Part shown: piece after piece, positions 13,252-24,676 of the stretch | Numbering within the stretch: the first letter of the stretch is position 1 | How the letters are laid out: every line of letters begins with the position of its first letter | Assembly (NCBI GenBank): GCA_951406725.2 | Contig: OX597820.1 | Span: 19,344,001-19,408,000, forward strand | Length of the DNA: 64,000 nt | Source: Octopus vulgaris | Lineage: Eukaryota | Reading direction: 5' to 3' | Translations under genes and position numbers: made by a program | Notes under the pieces: model-generated | Database searches by the model: none | The model's input: the letters and a program-made list of their open reading frames with translations, nothing else | What the model was told of the DNA's origin: nothing

Positions 13252-13650
13252 AGGTGGTGAGCTGGCAGAATCATTAGCACACCGGACGAAATGCTTAGCG
13301 GTATTTTGTCTTTACGTTCTGAGTTCAAATTCTGCAGACATCAACTTTGCCTTTCATCTTTTCGGGGTCAATTAAATAAGTACCAGTTACGCACTGGGGT
13401 CAATATAATTGACTTAATCCGTTTGTCTGTCCTTGTTTGTCTGCTCTGTGTTTAGCCCCTTGTGGGTAGTAAAGAAATAGGTATTTTGTCTGTCTTTACG
13501 CTCTGAGTTCAAATTCTGCCGAGGTCAACTTTGCCTTTCATCCTTTCAGGATCGATAAATTAAGTAGCAGTTGCGTACTGAGGTTAATCTAATCAACTGG
13601 CCCCCTTCCTCAAAATTTCAGGCCTTGTGTCTGAAATTTTGTAGAGAAGA
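13252..13650 (+). mobile_element. Family B SINE, dimeric
   Basis: Head ggtggtgagctggcagaatc, core repeated twice. Confidence 0.82.
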
Positions 13651-13958
13651 TTATTTCCCTTTCGTTTTCTCAGAACTAATTGCTCCTTCGTGAATGAATA
13701 TTCAACATCATTCAAACGTATTCAACCATAATCCAGCAGAGACTGTTTTTGCATGTGTTCAAAATTCTTACCTGACACCTATTGAGAAGTAGAACTGGGC
13801 TTGTCACCTGTTATTAGTCAACAAACTTTTTTCTTTCGAAACCAGCTTTTCTTTTCTGCTCCACAACAAAAGAGTAATTACAGTATTAAAACGTGAGCCT
13901 ATCCTTTATGGTCATAAGCATCTACTAACAATACTAACATCATGATGACTGTTATTAC

Positions 13959-14019
<61 letters not shown>

Positions 14020-14021
<2 letters not shown>

Positions 14022-14470
14022 AGCGGTGAGCTGGTAGAAACATTGGCACGCCGAGCAAAATGCTTAGTGGTTTTTCGTCTGTCTTTACGTTCTGAGTTCA
14101 AATTCCACTGTGGTTGACTTTGCCTTCCATCCTTTCGGGGTTGATAAATTAAGTACCAGTCGCAAACTGGGATCGATCTAATCGACTCCCCCCCTCCCTC
14201 AAAATTTCGGGCTTTGTGCCTATAATAGAAAGGATTAGTGTGCTTAGCAGCATTTTGACCACCTTGGTATTTTGAGTTCAAATTCTGCCGAAGTTGATTT
14301 TGCCTTTCATCATTTCAGGGTTGACTTTGTCTTTCATCCTTTCAGAGTCAACTTAGCCTTTCATCATTTCAGGGTCAACAAAATAAGCACCAGTTTCGCA
14401 CAGGTGTTGATGTAATTGACTAATCCCCTCTCCCAAAATTTCCGGCCTTGTACCTTTAGTAGAAAGGACT
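14020..14470 (+). mobile_element. Family B SINEs with internal ~27-bp core triplication
   Basis: gttga(c/t)tttg(c/t)ctttcatc(a/c)tttcag unit repeated three times at ~14293-14378. Confidence 0.75.
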
Positions 14471-15077
14471 ATTTCTGTTTAGGGTTGTAGCTGACAGATC
14501 CATCAGCATCATCAGCAGCAGCAGCATCATAATCATCTATATTTATCATCAGCCCCAGGACATTAATGTCTCTAACCCTCATGTTCATAGGGACCACACT
14601 ACCTGACTCCCATGGTGTGTGAGTGACCAAAATCACATTTCCCTGGACAGGATGCTAGTCCATCACAGAGTCATTCATTTAAAACTGAGAGAACAGACTG
14701 GAACAGAGTGGAAAAAAAAACAAACCATTCTGCTCAAGAACACTGGGCACCACCCGGTCGAGGAATTGAAACCATGATCTCACAGCAAGCACTAAGCCAC
14801 ATGCCGTTACTGAAAGATCAGTAAATCAAAGCTCTTTTGTAGTTATTAATTACTTTCCCTTTTCAAGCCATTCTGTGGGCTGACTTCAGTTTTGACTTCC
14901 CCAGGCTCAACAAACAGAACTTTTCTAATAATATATTAATACACTACAACTTTCTAGTTTTAAGTTTGCAACTTTCTACATACGTAAGACACAATTATTA
15001 ATTCTGCATCTGATCTCCTAATCTGCAAATGTTATTATTTATATTTATGTGTGTATTTCTTTCTTTCTTTCTTGCAG

Positions 15078-15172
15078 ATTAGTCTTTTCAATTTGCAATT
15101 GGACATTTCTAAAGAAAAAGCAATGAGGAATTTCATATTTACGTCAAGTTATTACATCCATCTTCTAACTTG
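15078..15172 (+). other. Candidate 95-nt exon
   Basis: Strong acceptor tttctttctttcttgcag| and consensus donor TG|gtaagt; one open frame containing ATG 15123. Confidence 0.35.
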
Positions 15173-15501
15173 GTAAGTACTTATTTTAACTGCTATTTCT
15201 CTCTCCGTTTTTACTTTCAGGAATATATATACATATATATATACATATGTACATATATATATATACATACATATATACATACATATATATATATATATTA
15301 TATATAAGTATACATATGTATATATACATATATGCATATATATATATATATATATATATACACCCACACACACATATATATGCATACATATATATAAAGT
15401 ATATATATGTATATATACAAATTTGCATATATATATATATATATATATATACACGCACATATATATAAACGCATGCATACATATATATTTATGTATGTGT
15501 G

Positions 15502-15536
<35 letters not shown>

Positions 15537-15545
15537 ATATATTAT

Positions 15546-15924
15546 GGAAGCGCAATGGCCCAGTGGTTAGGCCAGTGAACTCACAGTTGTGGGATTGCGG
15601 TTTTGATTTCCAGACCAGGCGTTGTGAGTGTTTATTGAGGAAAAACACCTAAAGCACCATGAGGCTCCGGCAGGGGATGGTGGCGAACCCTGCTATACTC
15701 TTTTACTTTACCTTTCTCACACTCTTTCTTCTTGTTCTTGTTGTACCTGTATTTCAAAGGGTCAGCCTTGTCACACTCTGTGTCACACTGAATCTCCCCG
15801 AGAACTCTGTTAAGGGTACATGTGACTGTGGAGTGCTCAGCCACTTGCACATTAATTTAACGAGCAGGCTGTTCCATTGATCAGATCAACTGGAACCCTC
15901 GTCGTCATAACCGACGGAGTTCCA
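15546..15924 (+). mobile_element. tRNA-derived SINE family C, full length
   Basis: A box tggcccagtgg, B box ggttttgatttcc; body shared with 16843, 49412(-), 58560(-), 59845. Confidence 0.85.
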
Positions 15925-16291
15925 CGATACATATATCTATTCCTTATGTAGATGATGAGTACGTCACTAGTACAAAAAATGTATTGATATGTAAAAGAGC
16001 AAAAAGGCAAATGAATCTTCCGTGGACATCTGCATCTGTGATGTACCACAAATATCTGCACTGCTGGGTCAAAACAATCGTCGCGCATAAGGAATCAAGT
16101 AATTTCCATTTTCTTTCTTTTGTGTCTTTATAAATGCTCTTTTGCACAGATGTGGCAATGATGGGCACTTCTTGCAGCAGGTGTTCAGAGAATGAATCCA
16201 CTGAAACATGACTTTATTCCATCAGGGAATTTTTCACTGAATGTTCTGCTTTTTTTGACTACAGCCTGCTATAATAGGCAACACATAACAG

Positions 16292-16738
16292 CGATTTCTA
16301 TATTTAAGAGATGAGGAATTATGTACATTATTTACCTTATTTACATTATTTACATTTGACGGATATTTGTCCTCATCTTGTTTGTTATTAACAACGTTTC
16401 TGCTGATATACCCTCCAGCCACTACGCCATATGCCTGCGGGCATATGGCTTAGTGGTTAAGAGCGTGGGCTACTAACCCCAAGATTCCAAGTTCAATTCC
16501 AGGCAGTGACCTGAATAGTAATACTAATAATAATAATAATAGTAATATTAATAATAGTAATCAGGATGATAATAATAACATAGAAAAATACCTTTGGTAT
16601 GAGAACCCAGGTTTGAAATCTCACCAAGACACCTGATGAAGGCTGGAGGGTATATCAGCCAAAATGTTGTGTTAACAACAAACAAGATGAGGACAAATAT
16701 CCGTCAAATGTAAATAATGTAAATAAGGTAAATAATGT
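16292..16738 (+). mobile_element. tRNA-headed element with hammerhead-like tail, preceded by an inverted deleted copy
   Basis: tRNA-like head 16437-16512; CTGATGA 16633; ~100-bp inverted repeat 16320-16420 vs 16641-16744; acataacag direct repeat at 16283 and 16739. Confidence 0.7.
16628..16673 (+). ncRNA. Minimal type I hammerhead motif (CpG-decayed)
   Basis: gacac CTGATGA a ggctg..cagcc aaaatgtt gtgtt; helix I gacac/gtgtt; the inverted copy retains GAAACGTT. Confidence 0.65.
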
Positions 16739-17213
16739 ACATAACAGATATTAAAAAAAATCAGGTAATACACACATTCATATGCACACATATATACATA
16801 TATACATACACATATATACACATATATACATATATAAATGTAGAGGCGCAATGGCCTAGTGGTTAGGGCAGTGGACTCGCAGTCGCAGGATCGCGGTTTC
16901 GATTCTCAGACCGGGCGTTGTGTGTGTTTATTGAGCGAAAACACCTAAAAGCTCTACGAGGCTCCGGCAGGGGTTGGTGACCCCTGCTGTACTCTTTCAC
17001 CACAATGGCGGTGCCCCAGCATGGCCACAGCTCAAGAGCTGAAACTGGAAAAACAAAAACAAAAACAAACAAACATACCATACATACAATGCATATACAT
17101 ACATACATACAAACAGACACACATACATGCATACACACATACATATAGTTGTAAAATTTACAATCTTTCTATAATTTTAATTTTCAGATCTTGATCTGAT
17201 AAATGATAGTTAC

Positions 17214-17255
<42 letters not shown>

Positions 17256-17574
17256 TGTGTGTCTGTATGAGGGTATGGAATTTCCAGCTTTGTAATTAGT
17301 TTTGAAAATGTCTGACTTGAAACAAGCAAAAATCAACTTTCGCCAGACAGTGATCTTCACTAACATATCTTTAGCTGATAGAGTTTGGTGTTGTCAACAA
17401 ATAGATATTTTCATTGCTTTTGTAGCGTTTGAGGAATGAAACAGAAACATAGGCATCCGTGTGTGTGTGTAGTGTTTCTATTCTAGTTCTTTTTAAATAT
17501 TTCACTGGCTTCTTTCCATCAAGGTTGACTTAGCCTTTCATCCTTTCGGAGTTGATAAAATAAAAACTTGGCAA

Positions 17575-18152
17575 GGCATAGCAGTGGCTGTGTGGTAAGT
17601 AGCTTGCTTACGAACCACATGGTTCCGGGTTCTGTCATACTGCGTGACGCCTTGGGCAAGTGTCTTCTACTATAGCCTCAGGCCAACTAACGCCTTGTAA
17701 TTGGATTTGGTAGACGGAAACTGACAGAAGCCCGTCGTATATCACCATGATAGATCGGTAGCCACTACCCACATTTTTTATCTCTCCTTGTTTCTCTCCT
17801 TGTTTTTTCTGTGTCCCTTTCTGTAGAAGAGCGTAGGCTCAAAACGTAAAAGACTTTTTCAATTCCTGAGCGTTATACTAATACATGTTTGTTTTGTACA
17901 CCACCTGTCTTCGTCTTTTGTTTTTTCATGAATTCTCCCTATATATATATGTGTGTGTGTGTATACGTTTGTGTGTCTGTGTTTGTCCCTGCAACATCAC
18001 TTGACAACCGATGCTGGTGTGTTTACGTCCCCATAACTTAGTGGTTTGGCAAAATAGACCAATAGAATAAGTCCTGGGGTCGATTTGCTCGACTAAAGGC
18101 AGTGATCCAGCATGGCCACAGTCAAATAACTGAAACAAGTAAAGAGTAAGAG
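17575..18152 (+). mobile_element. Family A SINE split by a Penelope-like insert at ~17741-17940
   Basis: Head to gaagcccgtcgtata, resumes with the (TA/TG) tract and tail after 17940. Confidence 0.75.
17741..17940 (+). mobile_element. Penelope-like terminal-repeat remnant with hammerhead variant
   Basis: cttt CTGTAGA a gagc gtag gctc (a)aaacgta aaag; homolog on - strand at ~53530-53690. Confidence 0.55.
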
Positions 18153-18429
18153 TACTGTGTTGATGTAATCAACTTACTCCCCTCCAATGAAATTGCTGGC
18201 CTTGTGCTAAACTGTGAAACCAATATATTCTAGTGGTTTCTGTGGCAGCGAGCTTGCTGAATCATTAGCATGCTAAGCAAAATGCTTAGCAGCATTTTGT
18301 CTGTCTTTATGTTCTGAGTTCAAATTCCACCAAAACCAACTTCACTTTTCATACTTTCGGGTCGATAAAATAATTATTAATTAAACACCACCAATCCTAC
18401 CATTTTATGTATGTGTATGCATTGGCAGT

Positions 18430-18890
18430 CATGAGGTGACATGCCAGGATCCTCTCTGTTCCTTTTGTGTTGTTCCGCATGCATACAATCAGTTAGGGTC
18501 CTGTTTTTAGCCCATTCTTCGACATTATTGGTCCACAAACATCTTTACAGGTCTCTAACTCTCTTTTCCCCTTTTACACATACTGTCAGGATGGTCTTGG
18601 TCAATGACTCATGGCACATAGTATGTCCCAAGACATGATATTATTTCATTTACTTGATTCTTGGTAATAGGTTGTCTTTAGGTTTGCAGCCCTTCTAGTA
18701 CTGCTGCGTTTGTTACCCCGTCCAATTTGTAAATGACCCATTTCTCAAAGGCTGCTAATTTCTTTTTCATTGTTGTGTACATAATCTAAGTTTCTGCCTT
18801 CTAGAGGACAATTGACATAACATAACAGTTTACTAACCTCAGTTTTAGATGTAATGTTATGTCTTTCGAAGTGAAGATCCTTCTATTTTC
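18430..18890 (-). pseudogene. RTE-clade LINE reverse transcriptase C-terminal fragment, decayed
   Basis: - strand translations across frameshifts/stops: KDITLHLKLRLVNCYV..KAET..KKLAAFEKW and GHTMCHESLTKTIL..KGKRVR..WTNNVEEW, typical RTE thumb motifs. Confidence 0.75.
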
Positions 18891-18955
18891 TCAAACAGTG
18901 AAACACACATACACATGTGTGTGTGTGTTTCATTGTTAGAAAGAATGAAAGGATC

Positions 18956-18987
<32 letters not shown>

Positions 18988-19169
18988 GCAACATGTCTTA
19001 TGGAAACTGAAAGAACCTACATGTGTGTGTATGTATATATACTACTAATATAGGATAAAAATTTTTTCAGAAAAAAATTTCATCAAAAGTGGCAGCATAT
19101 TAAAATACCTTTAAAGGTTAAAAATTGGCATAGAAATAATTTTTCTTTTGACCTTGTTTATAAGATATA

Positions 19170-19200
<31 letters not shown>

Positions 19201-20432
19201 CTGTGATATTGTCATTGTCTGATTGCAGTAAAAACATGTCTGGCCATGGGTGGGGGTTACCTAACTTGAGGGCAAATAAGGGTTAGCAACAGGAAGGGCA
19301 CCCAGCTGTAAAAAGTCTACCTCAGTCAATTCCATCCAACTCATGCTAGCTTGGAAAAGCAAGCATTAAAATGATGATGCAGAGTAGGAAGAGATGGAGG
19401 ATGATTGTGTGTGTGTGTGTGTGTGTGTGTATTCATCATTTGTGTTATCTCTTTTTAATTGCTGAGCACAGTTTGTGATTCATTGGGCTCTGGTCACACT
19501 GTCTAACACATACCAGCATGGAAAGTGGATGATGATGATGGTGTGTGTGTGTGTGTGTGTGTGCATGTGCTTCTACTCAGTCTTATTATTTCTTTTTAAT
19601 TGCTGTTCACAATCCTCTGGCTCATTGGCTCTTGTTGCACTGTCCAACCCATGCCAGCATGGAAAAGTGGCTGTGGAAATGATGATGTGTGTGTGTGCAT
19701 TCTGGCATGCATATGTATGGTATGTATGTGCATGTGTGCATGCATGTACACATCATTCTCATTATCATTTTTCTTTGCCCCTGTCACACTGTCCAACCCA
19801 GTAGATGTGAAAACGATGACGACGACAATTGTGATGATTCTTCCACACAAACTCATGTCAGACATGTTGTTTACCATGAGGTTTTTGTCAAACATTTTAT
19901 GATCAGCAATTTTCACATCATGACATTTAGACACCCCCCCACACACACACACACACACTCACACACACACACAGAGCCTATCACTTTTGAATCGAAACAA
20001 AGAAGATGCGGATGCTGATAACAAATATGCTGATGATAATGTTGCAGAAATAGTTTCTGTGTTCTTGTTTCTATATATTTAGATTACAACTAGAAGTGTT
20101 TGCTCAAATGATTTAACAAGTTACCAAACCAAAACAAAGCATCATTTCTATATTTACACATTTTGCGATCTTTCAACCACCTTATACATCAATTAATTGT
20201 ATTCACGATTTAAATATCTGTGTTTCTACTATCACTGTACTCATATGTATACATAAATACATACACTTATATGCTTGTACATGCATAAGTACACATACAT
20301 ATATTTGTAAATATATGCTTAAATGCACTTACATATGTATGCATGTACATACATACATATTTATAGATAAATGTATAGAAGGCTGGGTAGATGGATGGTG
20401 GATAGATAGACAGACAGATAGTTAGATAGATA

Positions 20433-20813
20433 GGTGCAGGAGTGGCTGTGTGGTAAGTAGCTTGCTTACCAACCAAATGTTTCCGGGTTCAGTCCCATTG
20501 CGTGGCATCTTGGGCAAGTGTCTTCTGCTATAGCCTCGGGCCGACCAAAGCCTTGTAAGTGAATTTGGTAGACGGAAACTGAAAGAAGCTCTTCATATAT
20601 ATGTATATATATGTTTGTGTGCCTGTGTTTGTCCTCCTAGCATTGCTTGACAACCAATGCTGGTGTGTTTATGTCCCCATGACTTAGTGGTTCAGCAAAA
20701 GAGACCGATAGAATAAGTACTAGGCTTACAAAGAATAAGTCCCGGGGTCGATTTGCTTGACTAACGGTGGTGCTCCAGCATGGCCGCAGTCAAATGACTG
20801 AAACAAGTAAAAG
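20433..20813 (+). mobile_element. Family A SINE, full length
   Basis: Complete head, accttgggcaagt-type CORE-like segment, internal microsatellite, 3' hairpin cagtcaaatgactg. Confidence 0.9.
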
Positions 20814-21667
20814 CGAGAGAGAGATAGATAGACAGACATACATATGTACGAACACATACACACACATGCTTATGCATACCTGAATATACAACCTTGCATG
20901 CTTACTTACATTCTTATATACATACACATACACCTGTACAATAAGAATACCTGAAATATTTTTAGCGAGATTTTTCCGTCATTGGTGTAGTGATTTGTAA
21001 TTGCTTTGGTCTAACCTAAATTTCATGGTTCAGTTTTATTGTTACTGTCTATTTTGATACAAAATTTCTGTGTACAGACAAAATGCACAGCTGTCTCTTA
21101 CATACACACACATACACATATGTTTACAAATACTCAAGCGCACACATGCAAGCCCACACACACACACACACACACACGTCTGCATGTGCACATATGTATA
21201 AGACATACTACACCTAATTGATTAATGAGTCATTGGAGGGAACTTCTGTGCGATTGCTCGACCTGTGAAAATTTGTGAAATAACAGCCAAATGTTCCTCA
21301 TGTGTACAGACATGGTTGTGTGGTTAAGAAGCTCGCTTTGCAACCACGTGATCCCAGGTAGGTTCAATCCCACTGTATGGAACCTTGGGCAAATGTCTTC
21401 TACTATTGTTCTAGGCTGAGTGGATTTGGTAAAAAGAAACTAAAAGAAGCCTGTATTGTGTGTGTATGCGTATGTGTCCCACCACTGATTGACAACCGGT
21501 GTTGGTGTGTTTATGTCCTTGTAACTTAACGGCTCAGCAAAAGAGACTAAGTCTCTGGCTTATAAAGTAAGTACTAGGTTTGATTTGTTCAACTAAAATT
21601 CTTTGAGGTTGTGCCCCAGCATGGTCACAGTCTAATGACTGAAACAAGTAAAAGTTTAAAAAATGGC

Positions 21668-22516
21668 TTAACCCTTTTGTATTCAGGTTACTCTGTCCGA
21701 TATAATGTTTATTTATCTTAGGAAGGAATTTCAACTGTGTTTCGTGGTCTACTACCACAATAGCACCTTTATAGGATCCAGTTAGCTCAAAACATCATCA
21801 GGAGGAACCACGTCCGGTCTTGACCCCTACTCCTCAACCGTTTTGACGTGGCGGGCCCCCCGCCCCTTTTGGAGGTGTCTTCAGCTCTGGTGTTGGGTGC
21901 ATGTCTTCTTTCTTCTGTTCCCTGGCCTCTTCGATGTATTGTCAGCAAGTGTCAGCAGGCGACTGACTGTCTTGTCAAATTTTTTCCCTTTAACCCTTTG
22001 GTGTTTAAACCGGCCATATCCGGCCCAAATATTCTAAATGTTTTATATTCACACTGGCAATATCTAGTCTCTCACACCTAACCTACAATGTGGGCGACTG
22101 ACTGTCTTGTCAAATTTTTTTCCTTTAAATACCTGCTGCTAGGCTCCAGCAGGCAGCCCAGCAATTTGTCACGTGACACTGTCTCAATATTAACTGACCA
22201 ATGAAGGCGCACAGTCTTAGCCCACGCATTCTCCAAAGGACCATCACCTGTCAGTCAGCGAAGCTAATTCAGTGTCAGCTTGTCTCACCTAGTGATGTTA
22301 TTTCCCGCCAGCATGTTATAACTTATAATGTTTATTTATCTTCATTGTTTTGAACTGATCATGCAATATCGTATAGCTTTGAGATTTCAAGTATGTGACT
22401 ATATTTTGTTGACTAACATTGTAGGGTAGGTGTAAGAGGCTAGATATGGCCACTTTGAAGAGAAAATCGGAAGAATATTTTGACTAAATATGGCCAGTTT
22501 AAATGCTAAAGGGTTA
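21668..22516 (+). mobile_element. piggyBac-like TTAA MITE hosting a nested 604-bp insertion
   Basis: ttaaccctt...aatgctaaagggtta termini; body continuous if 21720-22342 is removed. Confidence 0.65.
21720..22323 (-). mobile_element. GC-rich LTR-like (probably Penelope pseudo-LTR) insertion with 19-bp target duplication
   Basis: tataatgtttatttatctt at 21701 and 22324; CCAAT, GTCACGTGAC and TATTTAAA, then CTGATGA...GAAAC on - strand. Confidence 0.55.
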
Positions 22517-22559
22517 GATATCTTATTTCTATTATAAAACCAAAACCCTTTTAAGTACT

Positions 22560-23055
22560 CCATCACATCTTTGATGCGGATTATTTAATTCTGTTGGACT
22601 GCATTCAACACCGTATTTGTAATGCTATTCATCCTGATCTATCTTCTAAACTGGATTCACTCTCTCATTGTTGTCATGTGGCTTCCTTGTTTCTTTTCCT
22701 ATAAGTATTTCCATGGACATTCTTCAGCTGAGCTCTCTTCTCTGGTTCCTCCTCTAAGAACTTATCAGCAACCAACTAGACTTGCATCCAGTTCTCATCA
22801 GTGTACTGTGCAACCTCCTAAGTGTCTTAAAGCATTTTACAGAACCAGTTTCTTCCCTCTCACCTCTGAACTTTGGAATTCCCTTCCACAGTCTTGTTCT
22901 TCCTCTTCAATATGGCCTCCAGTCTTTTAAGTCTTTTAATATACATCATCACCTATTGACTTCTGTCCAGCGTCCATTTTATTCTAGCAGCTCTTAGGTT
23001 TTCAGTGGTCTAAGGACCTTGTAACGAGTAAATGCTTTAAGAATAAAAAAAAAAA
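22560..23055 (+). pseudogene. CR1-group LINE ORF2 3' end with A-tail
   Basis: Across frameshifts: LDSLSH..HVASL..FYKYFHGHSSAELSSLVP..SFFPLTSELWNSLP..YGLQSFKS, a typical CR1-group C-terminus; ends aataaaaaaaaaaa. Confidence 0.8.
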
Positions 23056-23178
23056 TATGCTGCCCACAAGAAAGATTAAGAACCACAGGCCTAGCTGAAG
23101 CCAACAGTGATAAACATGATGTTACTGTTGTTGTTGCTGTTGATGATGATTGGTTGTAAGTGATTTTAGAAACCCTTA

Positions 23179-23548
23179 TTATTACCCCCACCTTAGCAAA
23201 GGCGGAGGTATTGTTTTCATTTGTGTTTGTTAGTTTGTCTGTGGACAAGATATCTCAAGAACCACTGCATGGATTTGGATGAAACTTTGAGAGAGGTTTG
23301 GCCTCGTGACTGGCACAGACTGATTAGATTTTGGCATCGATCTGGTACAACATAAGGATTCTGGATTATTTTCCCTGTTTTTTTTACTTAATTTTTGAGA
23401 TCGGTCAGGGTCATTTTTAGTATTCTCGTTTGTGAGAGCAGTCGAGTTTATTTCAGATATTCTCATTTAAAAAATCCTCTCTGGTTAATCATTGAATGGA
23501 CGTTAGTGTTGCCTTGGTGAAGGTTTGTGCTCTCAAAGTGCTCTTGTT
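23179..23548 (+). mobile_element. Non-autonomous Helentron-type element (HINE/DINE-1-like)
   Basis: 5' ttattacccccacc...ggcggaggtattgtttt, (gttt/gtct)n tract, 3' ccttggtgaaggt + gcactt-type hairpin gtgctctcaaagtgc ending cttgtt. Confidence 0.7.
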
Positions 23549-23597
23549 ATTATTATTATCATTATTATTATTATTATTTAATAATATAAGGCAGGTG

Positions 23598-23850
23598 AGG
23601 GGCGCATGGCTTAGCGGTTAGGGTGTCAGCATCATGATTGTAAGATTGTGGTTTTGATTCCTGGACCGGGCGACACGTGTTCTTGAGCAAAACACTTCAT
23701 TTCACGTTGCTCCAGTCCACTCAGCTGGCAAAAATGAGTAACGCTGTGATGGACTGGCGTCCCATCCAGCTGGGGAACACATACGCCATAGAAACTGGGA
23801 AACTGGGCCCATGAGCCTGGCTAGGCTTTAAAAGGGCACATTTATTTTAT
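23598..23850 (+). mobile_element. tRNA-derived SINE family D
   Basis: ggggcgcatggcttagcggttag...ttgattcc head, gtgttcttgagcaaaacactt...gctccagtccactcagctg body; - strand copies near 13010-13220 and 14560-14810. Confidence 0.75.
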
Positions 23851-24194
23851 TTAATATAAGGCAGAGAGCTGGCAGACTTGTTAACATGTCGGTTAAAATA
23901 CTTAGCAACATTCCATGCGTCTTTACATTCTGTACATTCTGAGTTCAAATTCCACTGAGGTCAACCTTACCTTTTGTCCTTTTGGGGAGGTCTATGAAAT
24001 CAGTACCAGTTGTGCACTGGGGTTGATGTAGTTGACTTACCCTGTCCTTCCCACAAAATCAGGCTTTGTGCCTTAAGTAGAAAGGATTATCGTATAATCA
24101 TAATTGGTGAGTTAGTACCAGAGATGTTGACATGCTGTTTATTTTAATGCGTTGAGACAGAAGGCCCCTTTATCTAATAAGCTGATATAATCAC

Positions 24195-24400
24195 TGCTGC
24201 ACTCTCTCTCCCTTTCTTCCTCTCTCTCTCCCCTTTTTGCATCTCCCCGTCTTTTCCCTCTGCATCTCTCCCATATCTTTCTCCTTCCATCTCTCCCTCT
24301 CCTATCTCTCACCTTTTTGCTCTCTCCCCCTCTTTCCCCCCTTCTTTCCCCTCTCCCTCGTCTCTTCTCCTCTTTCTCTCTCTCTCTCTCACACACACTT
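24195..24400. repeat. CT-rich polypyrimidine low-complexity tract
   Basis: Seen directly. Confidence 0.9.
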
Positions 24401-24676
24401 TTAATAATAAATTCATTAGCAATGGTAATAATCCAAATTAATTTAGACTGTCTATAAAATATTCTCATGGTTGGGTGATTTATCAAACACCCATGACTCA
24501 CTCTGAAGAACATGAAATGTCCTAAATAGAGGCTCTGTTTGATGTGAACTCAATGAACCCAACAGATCAAGCAGGGTTTAGTGCATGACGGCACTTAGCT
24601 AACAACCTCTTTCTGAACTTTAGCGTCCATATATAAGTACAGGTGTGGTTTTAGGTGCAAGCATGGTGACAGTCAG

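Noticed and set aside
20433-20505. Functional tRNA genes at SINE heads
   Set aside because: A/B boxes are present but the cloverleaf is incomplete and each runs into a SINE body
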